Below, in pieces: positions 28,668 through 38,124 of a stretch of DNA of 64,000 bases. The notes under the pieces are model-generated. The model ran no database searches and was not told where the DNA came from. It saw nothing but the letters and a program-made list of their open reading frames with translations. Position 1 is the first letter of the stretch. Each line of letters opens with the position of its first letter. A program made the position numbers and the translations under genes. The stretch lies in IMG/VR virus record IMGVR_UViG_3300032516_005094. One strand, given 5' to 3'. Source of the stretch: a virus.

Positions 28668-28855
28668 GACGTTCACAATCAAACATATGCTCCTTATAAG
28701 GGTAAAGCTGCGCCTGTGGAACCTGTTACAACTAATAAAAAAATTGTGCTTCTAGATTAAGTTTGATGAATTACTTTAAAAGTACAGTTCTTACAAAATA
28801 TTTAGTGTCGCAAAAGATGAAGACTATCCATGACCCGTCTAAAATTCAGAACGGT

Positions 28856-28935
28856 ATCCACGTCGATGACCCCGATAAAATCCAGTGCTCAGACGAGCTA
28901 AGAGAGAAGCTCAGATCATGATCAACTTCTTTTCT
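28856..28935 (+). repeat. Short copy C of the LRR-tail/leader cassette
   Basis: IHVDDPDKIQCSDELREKLRS* overlapping ATG-ATC-AAC-TTC-TTT-TCT; similar to about 118-197. Confidence 0.85.
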
Positions 28936-29076
28936 TATTTGTTTGAGTCACTAGAAAAATTCTATTCTGGTTTTCTAAAGGATGCTGTACCGCTGTGGCT
29001 GATTGCTGTTTTGGGGCTTTGGTTACTTGATACCCCCAAGAGAAAGAAATGTGTGAAAAATGAGCGAAGAATTTGA
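28918..29076 (+). CDS. Small membrane protein whose first six codons come from the cassette
   Basis: MINFFS, then unrelated YLFESL...VPLWLIAVLGLWLL. Confidence 0.5.
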   Translation: MINFFSYLFESLEKFYSGFLKDAVPLWLIAVLGLWLLDTPKRKKCVKNERRI

Positions 29077-29088
29077 TTTTCTAAACAT

Positions 29089-29335
29089 GGAGATTAGATC
29101 TCGACGGCACTAAGATCACCTCGTTGCCCGCAGGCTCACGGTCCCGTGGGTCTTTAAATCTCAGATACACTAAGATCACCTCTTTGCCCGACGACTTAAA
29201 CGTAAAAAATAGGATCTACGTCAATGACCCCGCTAAAATTCAGTGCTCAGACGAGCTAAGAAAGATGCTCACCACATGATCAACTTCTTCTCCCAAGTAA
29301 AAAATAAATACTCTCTGGTCACGGCTGATTTCAAA
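29089..29335 (+). repeat. Copy B of the LRR-tail/leader cassette
   Basis: 29169-29335 vs 73-239: 11 mismatches in 167 nt by manual alignment. The LRR fragment has no start codon. Confidence 0.95.
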
Positions 29336-29457
29336 TCAGTGCAAAAAAAGTTCGTTGACCAAGGAATAGAAGAGCCTTTGGTCAAGACTACCTTTCTAAG
29401 TTCAAAGCTCTCAGAGACAAAAATAAACTCTCTAACGCACCCATGAAGACTGACTGA
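29276..29457 (+). pseudogene. Leader-tagged gene with a frameshift at about 29386
   Basis: MINFFSQVKNKYSLVTADFKSVQKKF...PLVK. A one-base shift gives DYLSKFKALRDKNKLSNAPMKTD*, whose TGA overlaps the ATG at 29457. Confidence 0.55.
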
Positions 29458-30272
29458 TGCCTAAAGTTATCATACAAGTTTTACAAGACACACATTCCGA
29501 TCCCCATCATGAAAATTTATGGGGTAAAAAAATAGGTATGGGACTTGGTGATTTTATACGTGGTACTGTGCGTTTAAATCAAGTATGCAGAAGGCTCAAT
29601 TGTCGTTTAATAGTAGATACCAGCTTGCATGGTATTTCTTCTTTTACCCAATCTACAGATCACGAATATAAACATCTTATCACTGATACAGTTCCTTTTA
29701 TAAACATCAATAAACTCGATGAATATCTTTCCCAACAAAGCGACAATGTTCTTGTTTTATCTACTAATGACTTTTGCGATGAATCAATCACCCAAGAAGA
29801 CAAAAATCTAATTAAGAGCGTATTGCAATACAAGTCAGATTATAAGCACCGACATGAAGACTTTCTTAATAAGGATTATAAAGTCGTTCATTTTCGGTTA
29901 GATGACGAAAGTTTTAGAACGAAAGAATTATCATTTAATGACGAAATAAAGAACGCACTGTACAAATTACTTGATAAAGATACCCTATTTTTAAGCAATA
30001 ATAATAAGTTAAGAGAATTTGTTAGGTTTGAAAATTTAGCGCATGTGTTTGATTTTGAAGCTGCTCATTTTGGCGAGGCTAAAAAATCTCTAGAGGATAC
30101 TTTATTCGAGTTCAAAATTTTGAATAAAGCGCAATCAATTATTACCTATTCTGTTTACGACTGGATATCCGGCTTCGCTTATTGGTCACATAAAATTTAT
30201 GATGTGCCATTGTCTTCTATTAGATCTCTAGATCCATTAACTGTAAGCATTCCAAATGGAATTTTTGGCTAG
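29457..30272 (+). CDS. Putative glycosyltransferase (fucosyltransferase-like)
   Basis: MGLGDFIRG, VVHFRLDD and C-terminal EFKIL..A..I.TYS...W.SGF pattern. Confidence 0.55.
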   Translation: MPKVIIQVLQDTHSDPHHENLWGKKIGMGLGDFIRGTVRLNQVCRRLNCRLIVDTSLHGISSFTQSTDHEYKHLITDTVPFININKLDEYLSQQSDNVLVLSTNDFCDESITQEDKNLIKSVLQYKSDYKHRHEDFLNKDYKVVHFRLDDESFRTKELSFNDEIKNALYKLLDKDTLFLSNNNKLREFVRFENLAHVFDFEAAHFGEAKKSLEDTLFEFKILNKAQSIITYSVYDWISGFAYWSHKIYDVPLSSIRSLDPLTVSIPNGIFG

Positions 30273-31144
30273 TATTTCCTTTTGTGTATTGGCTTATAGT
30301 TTAAGCCAGCCCTAAACGATTCTTTTTTTTCTTTTTCTTTTATTTCATTAATTTCGATTTTAAATAATGGTTTAAAAGGTTCTGTGTTTAAAAAACCACT
30401 CGGTTTGAAATATCCATCACTTGAACAATGCATTCCACTACCGTCCAATCCTATATTTTTTATATATGTATATGTAGGCAGTAAATTTAATCCATCATGA
30501 TTTAAAACAGTCGCGTACCAAAATACCATCCAGGTATTTATTATACCGTTATTATTACCATTTAATTGAATCCAAAAATCTATACTTTCATCAAAATCAA
30601 ATTTATATTTGTTATCTTTATATTTATTGATTAAATCTTGGGGGTTTTTCTCAAAATGTTGCCAGCGATCCTTCCAAGTAGCCCATCCCCAGCAAAGAAA
30701 CAACTGACTAAAGAAAAAATCTTTTATTTCATCATTTTTTTCCGCAAAGGCACAAATATTCCAAACCTTTTTTTCTTGTTCATAATAATTCAAAGCATCG
30801 TTCATATAATTTAAAAATGTAGATGAAACTACTACATCATCTTCTAATATAATAGCTTTTTCTTTAGCATTTATTATTTCCGTAATACCTGAAATTATAT
30901 TTTTAGCTAATCCAATATTTGATTTTCTCTCTGTAAGTATCAAATTATTGAAATTATCTTTAAAAGATAAGATGACTTCTTTTGTTTGTGCTATTAGCGA
31001 TGCTTGTTCTGCATTGCGAGGACCATCTAAAAAAACAAACAGGTCTGATTGCTTCGCTAATTCGTTTTTACTTAGCGCAGTAAGAGATTCTTTAGTATGG
31101 TTGGGACGATTGAAGGCGAAAAATATAATTGGGGACAAAGACAT
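30269..31144 (-). CDS. Glycosyltransferase family 2-like
   Basis: PIIFFAFNRPNHT, FLDGPR, IILEDD, CWGWATWKDRW. Likely start is MSLSP at 31144. Confidence 0.8.
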   Translation of the reverse strand: MSLSPIIFFAFNRPNHTKESLTALSKNELAKQSDLFVFLDGPRNAEQASLIAQTKEVILSFKDNFNNLILTERKSNIGLAKNIISGITEIINAKEKAIILEDDVVVSSTFLNYMNDALNYYEQEKKVWNICAFAEKNDEIKDFFFSQLFLCWGWATWKDRWQHFEKNPQDLINKYKDNKYKFDFDESIDFWIQLNGNNNGIINTWMVFWYATVLNHDGLNLLPTYTYIKNIGLDGSGMHCSSDGYFKPSGFLNTEPFKPLFKIEINEIKEKEKKESFRAGLNYKPIHKRKY

Positions 31145-31889
31145 AAAACCTCTAGGCAATAAATACTGTGTAAGTCACATATATCCTATATTTAATCTAA
31201 CTAAAAATTTTAGATTAATTAGCCCTGATGATAAGTCTTTTCTTTGTGTCAAAGATGACCATTTTGGTGCTGAATATTCGGGTGAGTTTCTATCCGAATA
31301 TACCCAACTTTTTGCGTTGGCTGAATATTTAAAAACAGAAAATGATGAGTTTGTTCATCTTTTTCAGTACCGCAAATTCGTCAGTGATGCACCAAATCTA
31401 AGAAGCAGTAATGTAAATCATTACAAAACCTGTAAACCCGACGAAGTAGACAGCATCATAAATTTTTATGAAGATAAAATATTAACTACAAATGTAATAC
31501 CTTATAAAAATACAGCAGCCAATTATGCACAAGTACATATTATAGAAGACTTTATATGCTTAACACTTGCGATGAAAGAATTTGGTTTTAGTAATAAAGA
31601 GGTTAAACGATTTATAAATTTGAAATATCTTTTAGCTGCATCTTCGTTAGGTAGCTATCCAAGAAAGTTTTTTATTGAGGCTATGGATACACTAAAAAAG
31701 GTGTGGCATATATTCTATAATAGTTATTACGAAGAAAGACAAGGCTACCAGCGTAGGGTTGGGGGATTCTTACTTGAAAGGCTACACAGCTTCTTATTAG
31801 TTGATTATCTGGCAACAACAAATATACCCTACGTTCATGGGCATATTGTTGTCGTCACAGATGATGGGATAGTAAAAGTTACCACTTAG
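31145..31889 (+). CDS. DUF4422-like sugar-modification protein (start uncertain)
   Basis: LSEYTQLF, HLFQYRKF and RVGGFLLERL motifs; no ATG near the expected N-terminus. Confidence 0.5.
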
Positions 31890-32397
31890 CTAAGAAAATT
31901 TGAGCGGCTTGTTGACCTACATCTTTAGGTAGTACTTTTAATGCCGCAGAAGCTCTACGTTGCGCTTTGTCTTCATCTTGGATTGCCTGAGACATTTGAT
32001 TAACTAACGATAGCATTTTAGTTTTGTCGCCGTTAGCTTTAAGTACTATATCTTTAATGCGGGCAATATCCTTTAATCCTGGTTCCGCTCCTTTAATATC
32101 TTTATGTAAGCTGCCGGAATACGTTATCCCGTCTGCTTCATCTTCAGAAATATTTTCTTGCCGGATATCTTCGTTCTCACGTAAACCCATTATGTAATGA
32201 GCAATGTCCGACAATTTATCTGCCGCTGTGGATATCTTAGCTTTAACCCAGTCTGGCGCATTTTGATTTAGTGTTAAATGCTCGCGGATTTCCTCGACAT
32301 GGTGGCAAATAGATCCTAACTGGGAAAAAACCATACTATTCGTAATGGGATAGCCTGCCATATCTTGTAAAGCTGTAACTTTATGTAAAAATTTCAT
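31879..32397 (-). CDS. Leader-tagged protein
   Basis: Starts MKFLHKVTA; contains PDWVKAKISTAADKL and DIARIKDIV.KANGD segments. Confidence 0.75.
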   Translation of the reverse strand: MKFLHKVTALQDMAGYPITNSMVFSQLGSICHHVEEIREHLTLNQNAPDWVKAKISTAADKLSDIAHYIMGLRENEDIRQENISEDEADGITYSGSLHKDIKGAEPGLKDIARIKDIVLKANGDKTKMLSLVNQMSQAIQDEDKAQRRASAALKVLPKDVGQQAAQIFLAKW

Positions 32398-32732
32398 ATT
32401 GTCTCCAACAAATTAATAGTGAATACTAAATCTAGTAATGTCCACGGAAAGTCTCTCTTTTGCGTTTGCGGGTACTTTAGGCTTGGCTTTTAGCTTTGGT
32501 AAATTTTTGAATACGATCTAACTCAGGACTGGGACGCTGCTAACTGGGGTATTTTTAGGCTTTATAAAGAAATACACAACAAGCCCAATTTAACCATCGC
32601 GGAATTCTATAATATCAAGACAAAAGAACAAGATGAAAAAATAGATGAACTTTTAGCTCAACTGAGAACTAAAGGTCCGATTAAAGTTTATGGGCAAGAG
32701 GATATTTACAAACTTTCGGACGTGGAATAATT

Positions 32733-33002
32733 ATGGGTGTAATTTTAGAATTTAGAAGACCTAAGAAAAAATTTAAAAAAAGGGATGCGCGATTCAAGAA
32801 AGGTGGATATCACCTGCACAGGTACAATAAAGTTGACCTGGCTTTAGAATGCAATAAAGCTTTAAACGAATTAGAAATTACATCAAGAAAATATAAAACC
32901 GATAAAGAAAATAGCAAAAGAAGAAATGATCTAATAAAAAATATATTTTTTTCTATAATTATAGTAGAATTACTAGTAATAACTTGGAAAGTTTTTCATT
33001 AA
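32733..33002 (+). CDS. Small protein with C-terminal membrane anchor
   Basis: Basic N-terminus and hydrophobic C-terminus. Confidence 0.6.
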   Translation: MGVILEFRRPKKKFKKRDARFKKGGYHLHRYNKVDLALECNKALNELEITSRKYKTDKENSKRRNDLIKNIFFSIIIVELLVITWKVFH

Positions 33003-33059
33003 AACACTGGTAATTTGGAAAGTATTTCATTAAGAATTGGTAATTTGGAAAATATTTAT

Positions 33060-33509
33060 TTAAGCTCTTTTCTTCCTGCCACAGTCGGTAAATAAGCCAG
33101 TTCTTTCTTTAGCTGTTTTTAGTCTATGGCAATGAGCACATAGGACTTGGCATTTACCTATTTCTTGTTCGATACTTTTCCACGAAAAATTACCTACCAT
33201 TGCGCTTACACTTGATAATTTCTTACCTTTAATATGATCGAATTCAAGTAATATTGGATTGGTTTCACCACAATGAGCGCAGGGGTTTAATTTTAGAAAA
33301 TTAAATAATTTGGTGACGGTTTCAATCTTATAATTTTTTCTATTTAATTTTGTTTTCTTCTTGTGTATTTCTTTATTTTTTAAATACCAAGTATTTGCGC
33401 GTTCATTGTGGCAGGGTTTACAGTAAGAGGCTCTGATATTTTTAAATTTGTTTTTGAAACTAAAGTCTTCAATATCTTTTTCTATGTTACAAATAGAACA
33501 AGTTTTCAT
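33060..33509 (-). CDS. HNH endonuclease
   Basis: CSIC...CKPC zinc site; CAHCG...EFDH...VLCAHCHRLKT. Confidence 0.9.
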   Translation of the reverse strand: MKTCSICNIEKDIEDFSFKNKFKNIRASYCKPCHNERANTWYLKNKEIHKKKTKLNRKNYKIETVTKLFNFLKLNPCAHCGETNPILLEFDHIKGKKLSSVSAMVGNFSWKSIEQEIGKCQVLCAHCHRLKTAKERTGLFTDCGRKKRA

Positions 33510-33528
33510 GCTAGATTTCTCCTAGCAT

Positions 33529-33951
33529 TTAACCTGTAGAACCAAAACCGCCTGTTCTTTTGCCATCAGTCAAAAACTTGGTTGGTCGAAAAGCAAGACC
33601 GAAAACAAGTTGTGCTATTCGATCTCCTTTTTTTATCTCAAATAATTTCCAGCCATGATTAATCAATATTACTTTGATAGTATCATGGTAGTCTAAATCA
33701 ATAGTTCCTGGCGTATTAAGAACCGTAATATAATGTTTTGCAGCAAGACCTGATCTTGGTCTTATCTGGGCATCTATAATTATATTACTGCCAAAATCTT
33801 TTTGTAATTGAATGAGATCATCTTGATTAAAAAGATCTTGTAGATATATGCCCGTATCTACAATAGTTCGTTCTCCAGGCGCGATATCCAAATCTTGATT
33901 TGCGGGCAGATCCAAGCCGGTCGCTAAAGATGTTTGATATTTTAGTTCCAA
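33529..33951 (-). CDS. dut: dUTPase (trimeric)
   Basis: GLDL, RPRSGLA, GTIDLDY, GDRIAQL and RTGGFGSTG motifs; TTG start. Confidence 0.95.
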   Translation of the reverse strand: MELKYQTSLATGLDLPANQDLDIAPGERTIVDTGIYLQDLFNQDDLIQLQKDFGSNIIIDAQIRPRSGLAAKHYITVLNTPGTIDLDYHDTIKVILINHGWKLFEIKKGDRIAQLVFGLAFRPTKFLTDGKRTGGFGSTG

Positions 33952-34136
33952 AGTACTTGTACTTCTTCTTCAGCCCAGTCTTGCATTTTCTTTTTTAGTT
34001 TGTCAGCACGGGATGTATCTAATTTTTTTCCTGTTTTTTTCTTATATACTTCGAGTATAGCGTTCATAGCTGCCTCGGTAGCTTCATTCAACCAAGGCAC
34101 GTAATCTTCGGCTGTTATTTTTTTCAAAAAGCGCAT
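33942..34136 (-). CDS. Leader-tagged small protein
   Basis: Starts MRFLKKITAE; GGAG RBS. Confidence 0.65.
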   Translation of the reverse strand: MRFLKKITAEDYVPWLNEATEAAMNAILEVYKKKTGKKLDTSRADKLKKKMQDWAEEEVQVLWN

Positions 34137-34193
34137 TTGATCTCCTAGAAAAATCCGGTAAAGTTAATCTTATTGAACTTTATTGGGGTACTT

Positions 34194-35204
34194 ATGAATA
34201 CTATATTGGTTACGGGTGGTGCGGGTTTTATTGGTTCTGCGGTAATAAGAAAGATACTTCGAGACACCGATGATATTGTGATCAATTATGACAAATTGAC
34301 TTATGCTTCCAATCTATCTTTTTTTCACGATACTAAAAAGCTATATCCAAATCGGTATTTTTTCATACAAGCCGATATTTGCGATTCAAGTATTTTAAAT
34401 TTTACTTTTGAAAAATATAAACCAACTATTGTTATGCATCTTGCGGCAGAATCTCACGTTGACAGGTCCATTGATTCTCCGCGCATTTTTATGCAGACCA
34501 ATTTTATTGGCACTTATGAGATGTTACAATCAGCAAGGATTTATTATGAAAAGCTTGATGAATCCTCTAGAAATAAATTTAGATTTCATCACATCTCAAC
34601 TGATGAAGTTTACGGCACATTGGGTGATACAGGACTTTTTACAGAAGAAACGTCTTATGCACCTAATTCACCATACTCAGCGAGTAAAGCATCTAGTGAT
34701 CATTTAGTTCGTGCGTGGCATGAAACATTCAGTTTGCCCACTTTAATCACTAACTGCTCAAATAATTATGGTCCCTATCAGTTCCCAGAAAAATTAATAC
34801 CTTTAATTATTTTAAATGCTTATAACCAAAAACCCCTACCTGTTTATGGTAAAGGCGATAATGTACGAGACTGGTTATATGTTGAAGATCATGCTGATGC
34901 TTTATATTTAGTGGCTACTGAAGGCAAAATCGGTGAAACCTATAATATAGGCGGCAATTGCGAAAAGACAAATTTAGAGGTTGTTGAACGTATTTGTGAT
35001 TTAGTTGATGAGATGGAGGGACCAACTAACAGACGCTCCCTTATCAGTTTTGTAACCGATAGATTAGGTCACGATAAACGCTACGCGATTGATGCCAGCA
35101 AAATTAAGAGAGACTTAGGCTTTGAGCCTAAAGAGACATTTGAGACGGGTTTAAGAAAAACAATAGCCTGGTACTTGAAAAGGCTTGACAACGTACCCAC
35201 CTAA
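34194..35204 (+). CDS. rfbB: dTDP-glucose 4,6-dehydratase
   Basis: [52 protein letters not shown]. Confidence 0.97.
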   Translation: MNTILVTGGAGFIGSAVIRKILRDTDDIVINYDKLTYASNLSFFHDTKKLYPNRYFFIQADICDSSILNFTFEKYKPTIVMHLAAESHVDRSIDSPRIFMQTNFIGTYEMLQSARIYYEKLDESSRNKFRFHHISTDEVYGTLGDTGLFTEETSYAPNSPYSASKASSDHLVRAWHETFSLPTLITNCSNNYGPYQFPEKLIPLIILNAYNQKPLPVYGKGDNVRDWLYVEDHADALYLVATEGKIGETYNIGGNCEKTNLEVVERICDLVDEMEGPTNRRSLISFVTDRLGHDKRYAIDASKIKRDLGFEPKETFETGLRKTIAWYLKRLDNVPT

Positions 35205-35215
35205 TACTAGATGTT

Positions 35216-35620
35216 TTGCTAAAGCATCTAGGAGGCTTCATGGCTAGTGTAGCTGCACGTTTACCGAGACAAAGAATATCCGATAACCCAGGTGTGTTGC
35301 AAGTCATCCCTTACGTTTCTATGGCATACAGTCATGATAGTCTAAGAGATATAGCGAAAAGCCGTGGAATAGACTTAAATCTATTAGAACCAGGGCAATT
35401 TGTAATGTTTTTTAATAATAAATGGGATGCCTTTAAATTATTTGGTGCCAATAATACATTTGCTTATCATCGAAGCCTTGCAGGTAGTTTTCTTACCGAC
35501 AAAGGCTTGAGATCGATACCACCATTCTTCGATGGTAAAAGAGTTATTTACACCGCAGAAGTAGCAAAATGGGCAATCAAAAATTACGCAAGATTGTCGT
35601 CCGGTAAATATAAAGGATAA
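35216..35620 (+). CDS. Possible IS66 accessory (Orf2/TnpB-IS66)-like protein
   Basis: VSM..SHDSL...PGQFVMFFN.K.DAFKLF...F.YHR.L..SF aligns by eye with vDMR..fDGL...G.lfvF.N..rD.iK.l...yykRL...F. Confidence 0.35.
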   Translation: MLKHLGGFMASVAARLPRQRISDNPGVLQVIPYVSMAYSHDSLRDIAKSRGIDLNLLEPGQFVMFFNNKWDAFKLFGANNTFAYHRSLAGSFLTDKGLRSIPPFFDGKRVIYTAEVAKWAIKNYARLSSGKYKG

Positions 35621-35623
35621 ACC

Positions 35624-35947
35624 ATGAAAGCATTGTCACCAGCAGCAGACAGAGCCTATCGCCTTTGGAAGGAAGCCAAACAAAAAAACCCAGAAGAAAC
35701 CACTGAATCAATACTTAAAAGACTGAAATTAACTGCTTCTACTTTGCACAGAGGTAGAGTTTATTACGAAAAAAATAATAAATCAACTAAGCTTAAGCCT
35801 AAAGTAATAGCTGTGCCGCCAAATTTAGGCTTACAACCAAGCATTAGTGTCGTAGCCGGTCCGAACGATCAATCGATGCTTATAGTAGGTAATACGCAAT
35901 CTGTAGCAGAGATTGCGTCCACGATTCTGAAATCTTGGATACCTTAG
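35624..35947 (+). CDS. HTH-like protein
   Basis: Helical N-terminus (ESILKRLKLTASTLHRGR) followed by a Pro-rich linker. Confidence 0.4.
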   Translation: MKALSPAADRAYRLWKEAKQKNPEETTESILKRLKLTASTLHRGRVYYEKNNKSTKLKPKVIAVPPNLGLQPSISVVAGPNDQSMLIVGNTQSVAEIASTILKSWIP

Positions 35948-36228
35948 CTACCAAAGCTGATCGTTTGCTCTGGGTTTTTAGCGTATTTAGCTAAAACCAC
36001 TTTGATCTTGCGTGGGCTAGCAGTGACATGGCTGACGGTTAATTGATAACCAGTAGCCGTAGCCGCTAAGTCCCAGCTAATCGTGTCTTTTTCATTTTTC
36101 GTCAAGATATCCACAAAATCTACCAAAACTGCATTCGGGGTAAAGTCACAATCTACAGTGTAAGAATCTGTGCCTTTAACAAGTTTAAAATCAGTTACAC
36201 GTTTTTTTAAAAAATTCAAACTAGCCAT
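35944..36228 (-). CDS. Small probable structural protein
   Basis: GGAG RBS before MASLNF; TAGATTAA 39 nt upstream. Confidence 0.5.
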   Translation of the reverse strand: MASLNFLKKRVTDFKLVKGTDSYTVDCDFTPNAVLVDFVDILTKNEKDTISWDLAATATGYQLTVSHVTASPRKIKVVLAKYAKNPEQTISFGS

Positions 36229-36336
36229 CGTAATTCTCCTATTAAATAAAGGCATACCCTTTATAATTAATCTAGTAAGAAAGGTTTAATTATATTATAT
36301 ATTCGTATTCTACAGAATTAGTTCTTAGGAGTTACG

Positions 36337-37053
36337 GTGGATTTTTCAGTATTAATACAAAAAAAATGCCCAGCCTTCCCTGTTTTAATACCTACTTTCA
36401 ATAATCCTACATATCTCAGGTCGATGACCGAACAATTATTTAAATACAATTTAAATGATCTAATTATCTTAGATAACCATTCTTCTACTCCAGAAATGCT
36501 TGAGCTATTGCAGAGTTTTGAATGTGTCGTAAATACTGATGGTCCTTATGATTATTTAGAAAATAAAAATTTTTATGATTGGTTGCCAAATTATTTTATA
36601 ATAACCGATCCAGATATAGGCTTTAATAAAGAATTACCTAATAATTTTATAGAAATATTTAAAGAAATATCTGAAAAATACTGTAAATTCAAAGTAGGTT
36701 TTGCATTAGATCTAGATCTTAAAGAAGAAAATATTTTAGATTTGCCTGATTACCATGTGCTTAATGGTATAAATGTAACAGCAAGGCACTGGGAATCTTA
36801 TTTCTGGATGCATGAAATCGGTAAAAATGAATTAGGTGATCCAATATATACAGCTTGGCTCGATACCACATTCTGCTTGGTCAACAAAAAATATCTAACC
36901 GATCCATGTAAAAATGCAGTACGAGTAGCAGGTAAATTTACCAGTCAACATTATGGGTGGTATAAAAATCCATCCGTACCTAAAAATGAATTAGAAACTT
37001 ATTACAAATTAGCAAACGAAAAAAAACAAATCTGGACGCATATCAAATTATAA
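36337..37053 (+). CDS. Glycosyltransferase family 2-like
   Basis: VLIPTFNNPTYL, IILDNHS, FIITDPD, DTTFCL. Confidence 0.7.
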   Translation: MDFSVLIQKKCPAFPVLIPTFNNPTYLRSMTEQLFKYNLNDLIILDNHSSTPEMLELLQSFECVVNTDGPYDYLENKNFYDWLPNYFIITDPDIGFNKELPNNFIEIFKEISEKYCKFKVGFALDLDLKEENILDLPDYHVLNGINVTARHWESYFWMHEIGKNELGDPIYTAWLDTTFCLVNKKYLTDPCKNAVRVAGKFTSQHYGWYKNPSVPKNELETYYKLANEKKQIWTHIKL

Positions 37054-38115
37054 AGTCACGACAACTCTAAACGTCCATAGGCTACGATCTGTTTTTGCGA
37101 ATATCGGAAAGTGTCCATGGGCAAACAGAACTTTACGTCCGATCTCCATAGGGTGTGTGCTTTGAATAATTGTAGCCCACAGTCCTACCTCACCGTAAGC
37201 GTTCATACCTACTGCACCATCAGGTATGCGTAGTACAAACGAAAGAGAACTATCGGTAGGTCTTTCTATTCGTCCATCTGGTAAAAGAAAACTCCCTAAT
37301 ATGGGAGGTACAGGATATGCGGCATCAATTAGAGCATTAGATATAGCTAGGCTCATAGGCGTAACTTCAAAACTAGACGCACCAGGAACCTCTAAATGAT
37401 TTATCGGATATAAATTAGCAGTGGGTAGAATCGAATGAATACCTGTACCTTGAGTAGTAATATTTAAAGCGTTTGGTGTGTTTAAAGTAGTAGAAAGTTT
37501 AAAGGTGTCTTTATCTATTACTTCTATATAATATTTTGTCCCAGTCACTACTCCATTAGGTAATGTGCCTGTAGTCGCAAACTCACATTCCATATAGTTT
37601 ACTAAACCGTGATTAACTAAAATTATTTCATCGTTACTTACGTTAATAGCTGCAGGCAAAAAATTAAAATCTTTACCAGTTAAAACATTTCCATAAACTA
37701 TCGATGTAAAACGTAATTTGGCAGGTTCTAGGGGATCTATATCTGCTAAAATTAGTCTATATATACCTGGATCTTTTGAATCGTTTACCGCTTTTAATAT
37801 GTTATCTGCCGTTTCCTCTGCCGTACCTCCGACTACCCAATGTGTATCTTTAATAAAAGACACACCATTTAATACTATTTGATCTCCAGCTTTCCAATTT
37901 GAGTTACTGATAACCTCTATATACCCTACAGACTGATTTGTATTATCGACTATAGGGGTTATTTTGACGGGGTTAGTAGCGTCATAACCACCTCTGCCCA
38001 TTTGCCAGCCATCTACGGTAAACAAACATTCAGTCCCAAATTTCATTCGCGCTAAAAGGTTTCTACCTTCAAGGGTAAGCTGGCATAAGATTGTATCTAC
38101 AGGATCAGTAAACAT
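37048..38115 (-). CDS. Baseplate/fibre-collar-like structural protein with inserted modules
   Basis: LTLEGRNLLAR...GRGGYD N-terminus and LFAHGHFP C-terminus, paralogous to 43738-44703. Confidence 0.6.
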   Translation of the reverse strand: MFTDPVDTILCQLTLEGRNLLARMKFGTECLFTVDGWQMGRGGYDATNPVKITPIVDNTNQSVGYIEVISNSNWKAGDQIVLNGVSFIKDTHWVVGGTAEETADNILKAVNDSKDPGIYRLILADIDPLEPAKLRFTSIVYGNVLTGKDFNFLPAAINVSNDEIILVNHGLVNYMECEFATTGTLPNGVVTGTKYYIEVIDKDTFKLSTTLNTPNALNITTQGTGIHSILPTANLYPINHLEVPGASSFEVTPMSLAISNALIDAAYPVPPILGSFLLPDGRIERPTDSSLSFVLRIPDGAVGMNAYGEVGLWATIIQSTHPMEIGRKVLFAHGHFPIFAKTDRSLWTFRVVVTL

Positions 38116-38124
38116 TTATTTGCC

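Noticed and set aside
28602-28760. Stop-codon reassignment suggested by in-frame TAG (28665) and TGA (2551)
   Set aside because: Multi-kb genes are uninterrupted in code 11 and end in TAA, TAG and TGA right before the next gene.
1-29335. Repeat pair 73-239 / 29169-29335 as a diversity-generating retroelement TR/VR
   Set aside because: Mismatches are not confined to adenines (they include T/C, C/G and C/T) and no reverse transcriptase is in the window.
35944-36228. MASLNFLKKRVT as a fifteenth leader
   Set aside because: FLKK is present but the terminal hydrophobic-x-[A/S] is missing; left out of the count.
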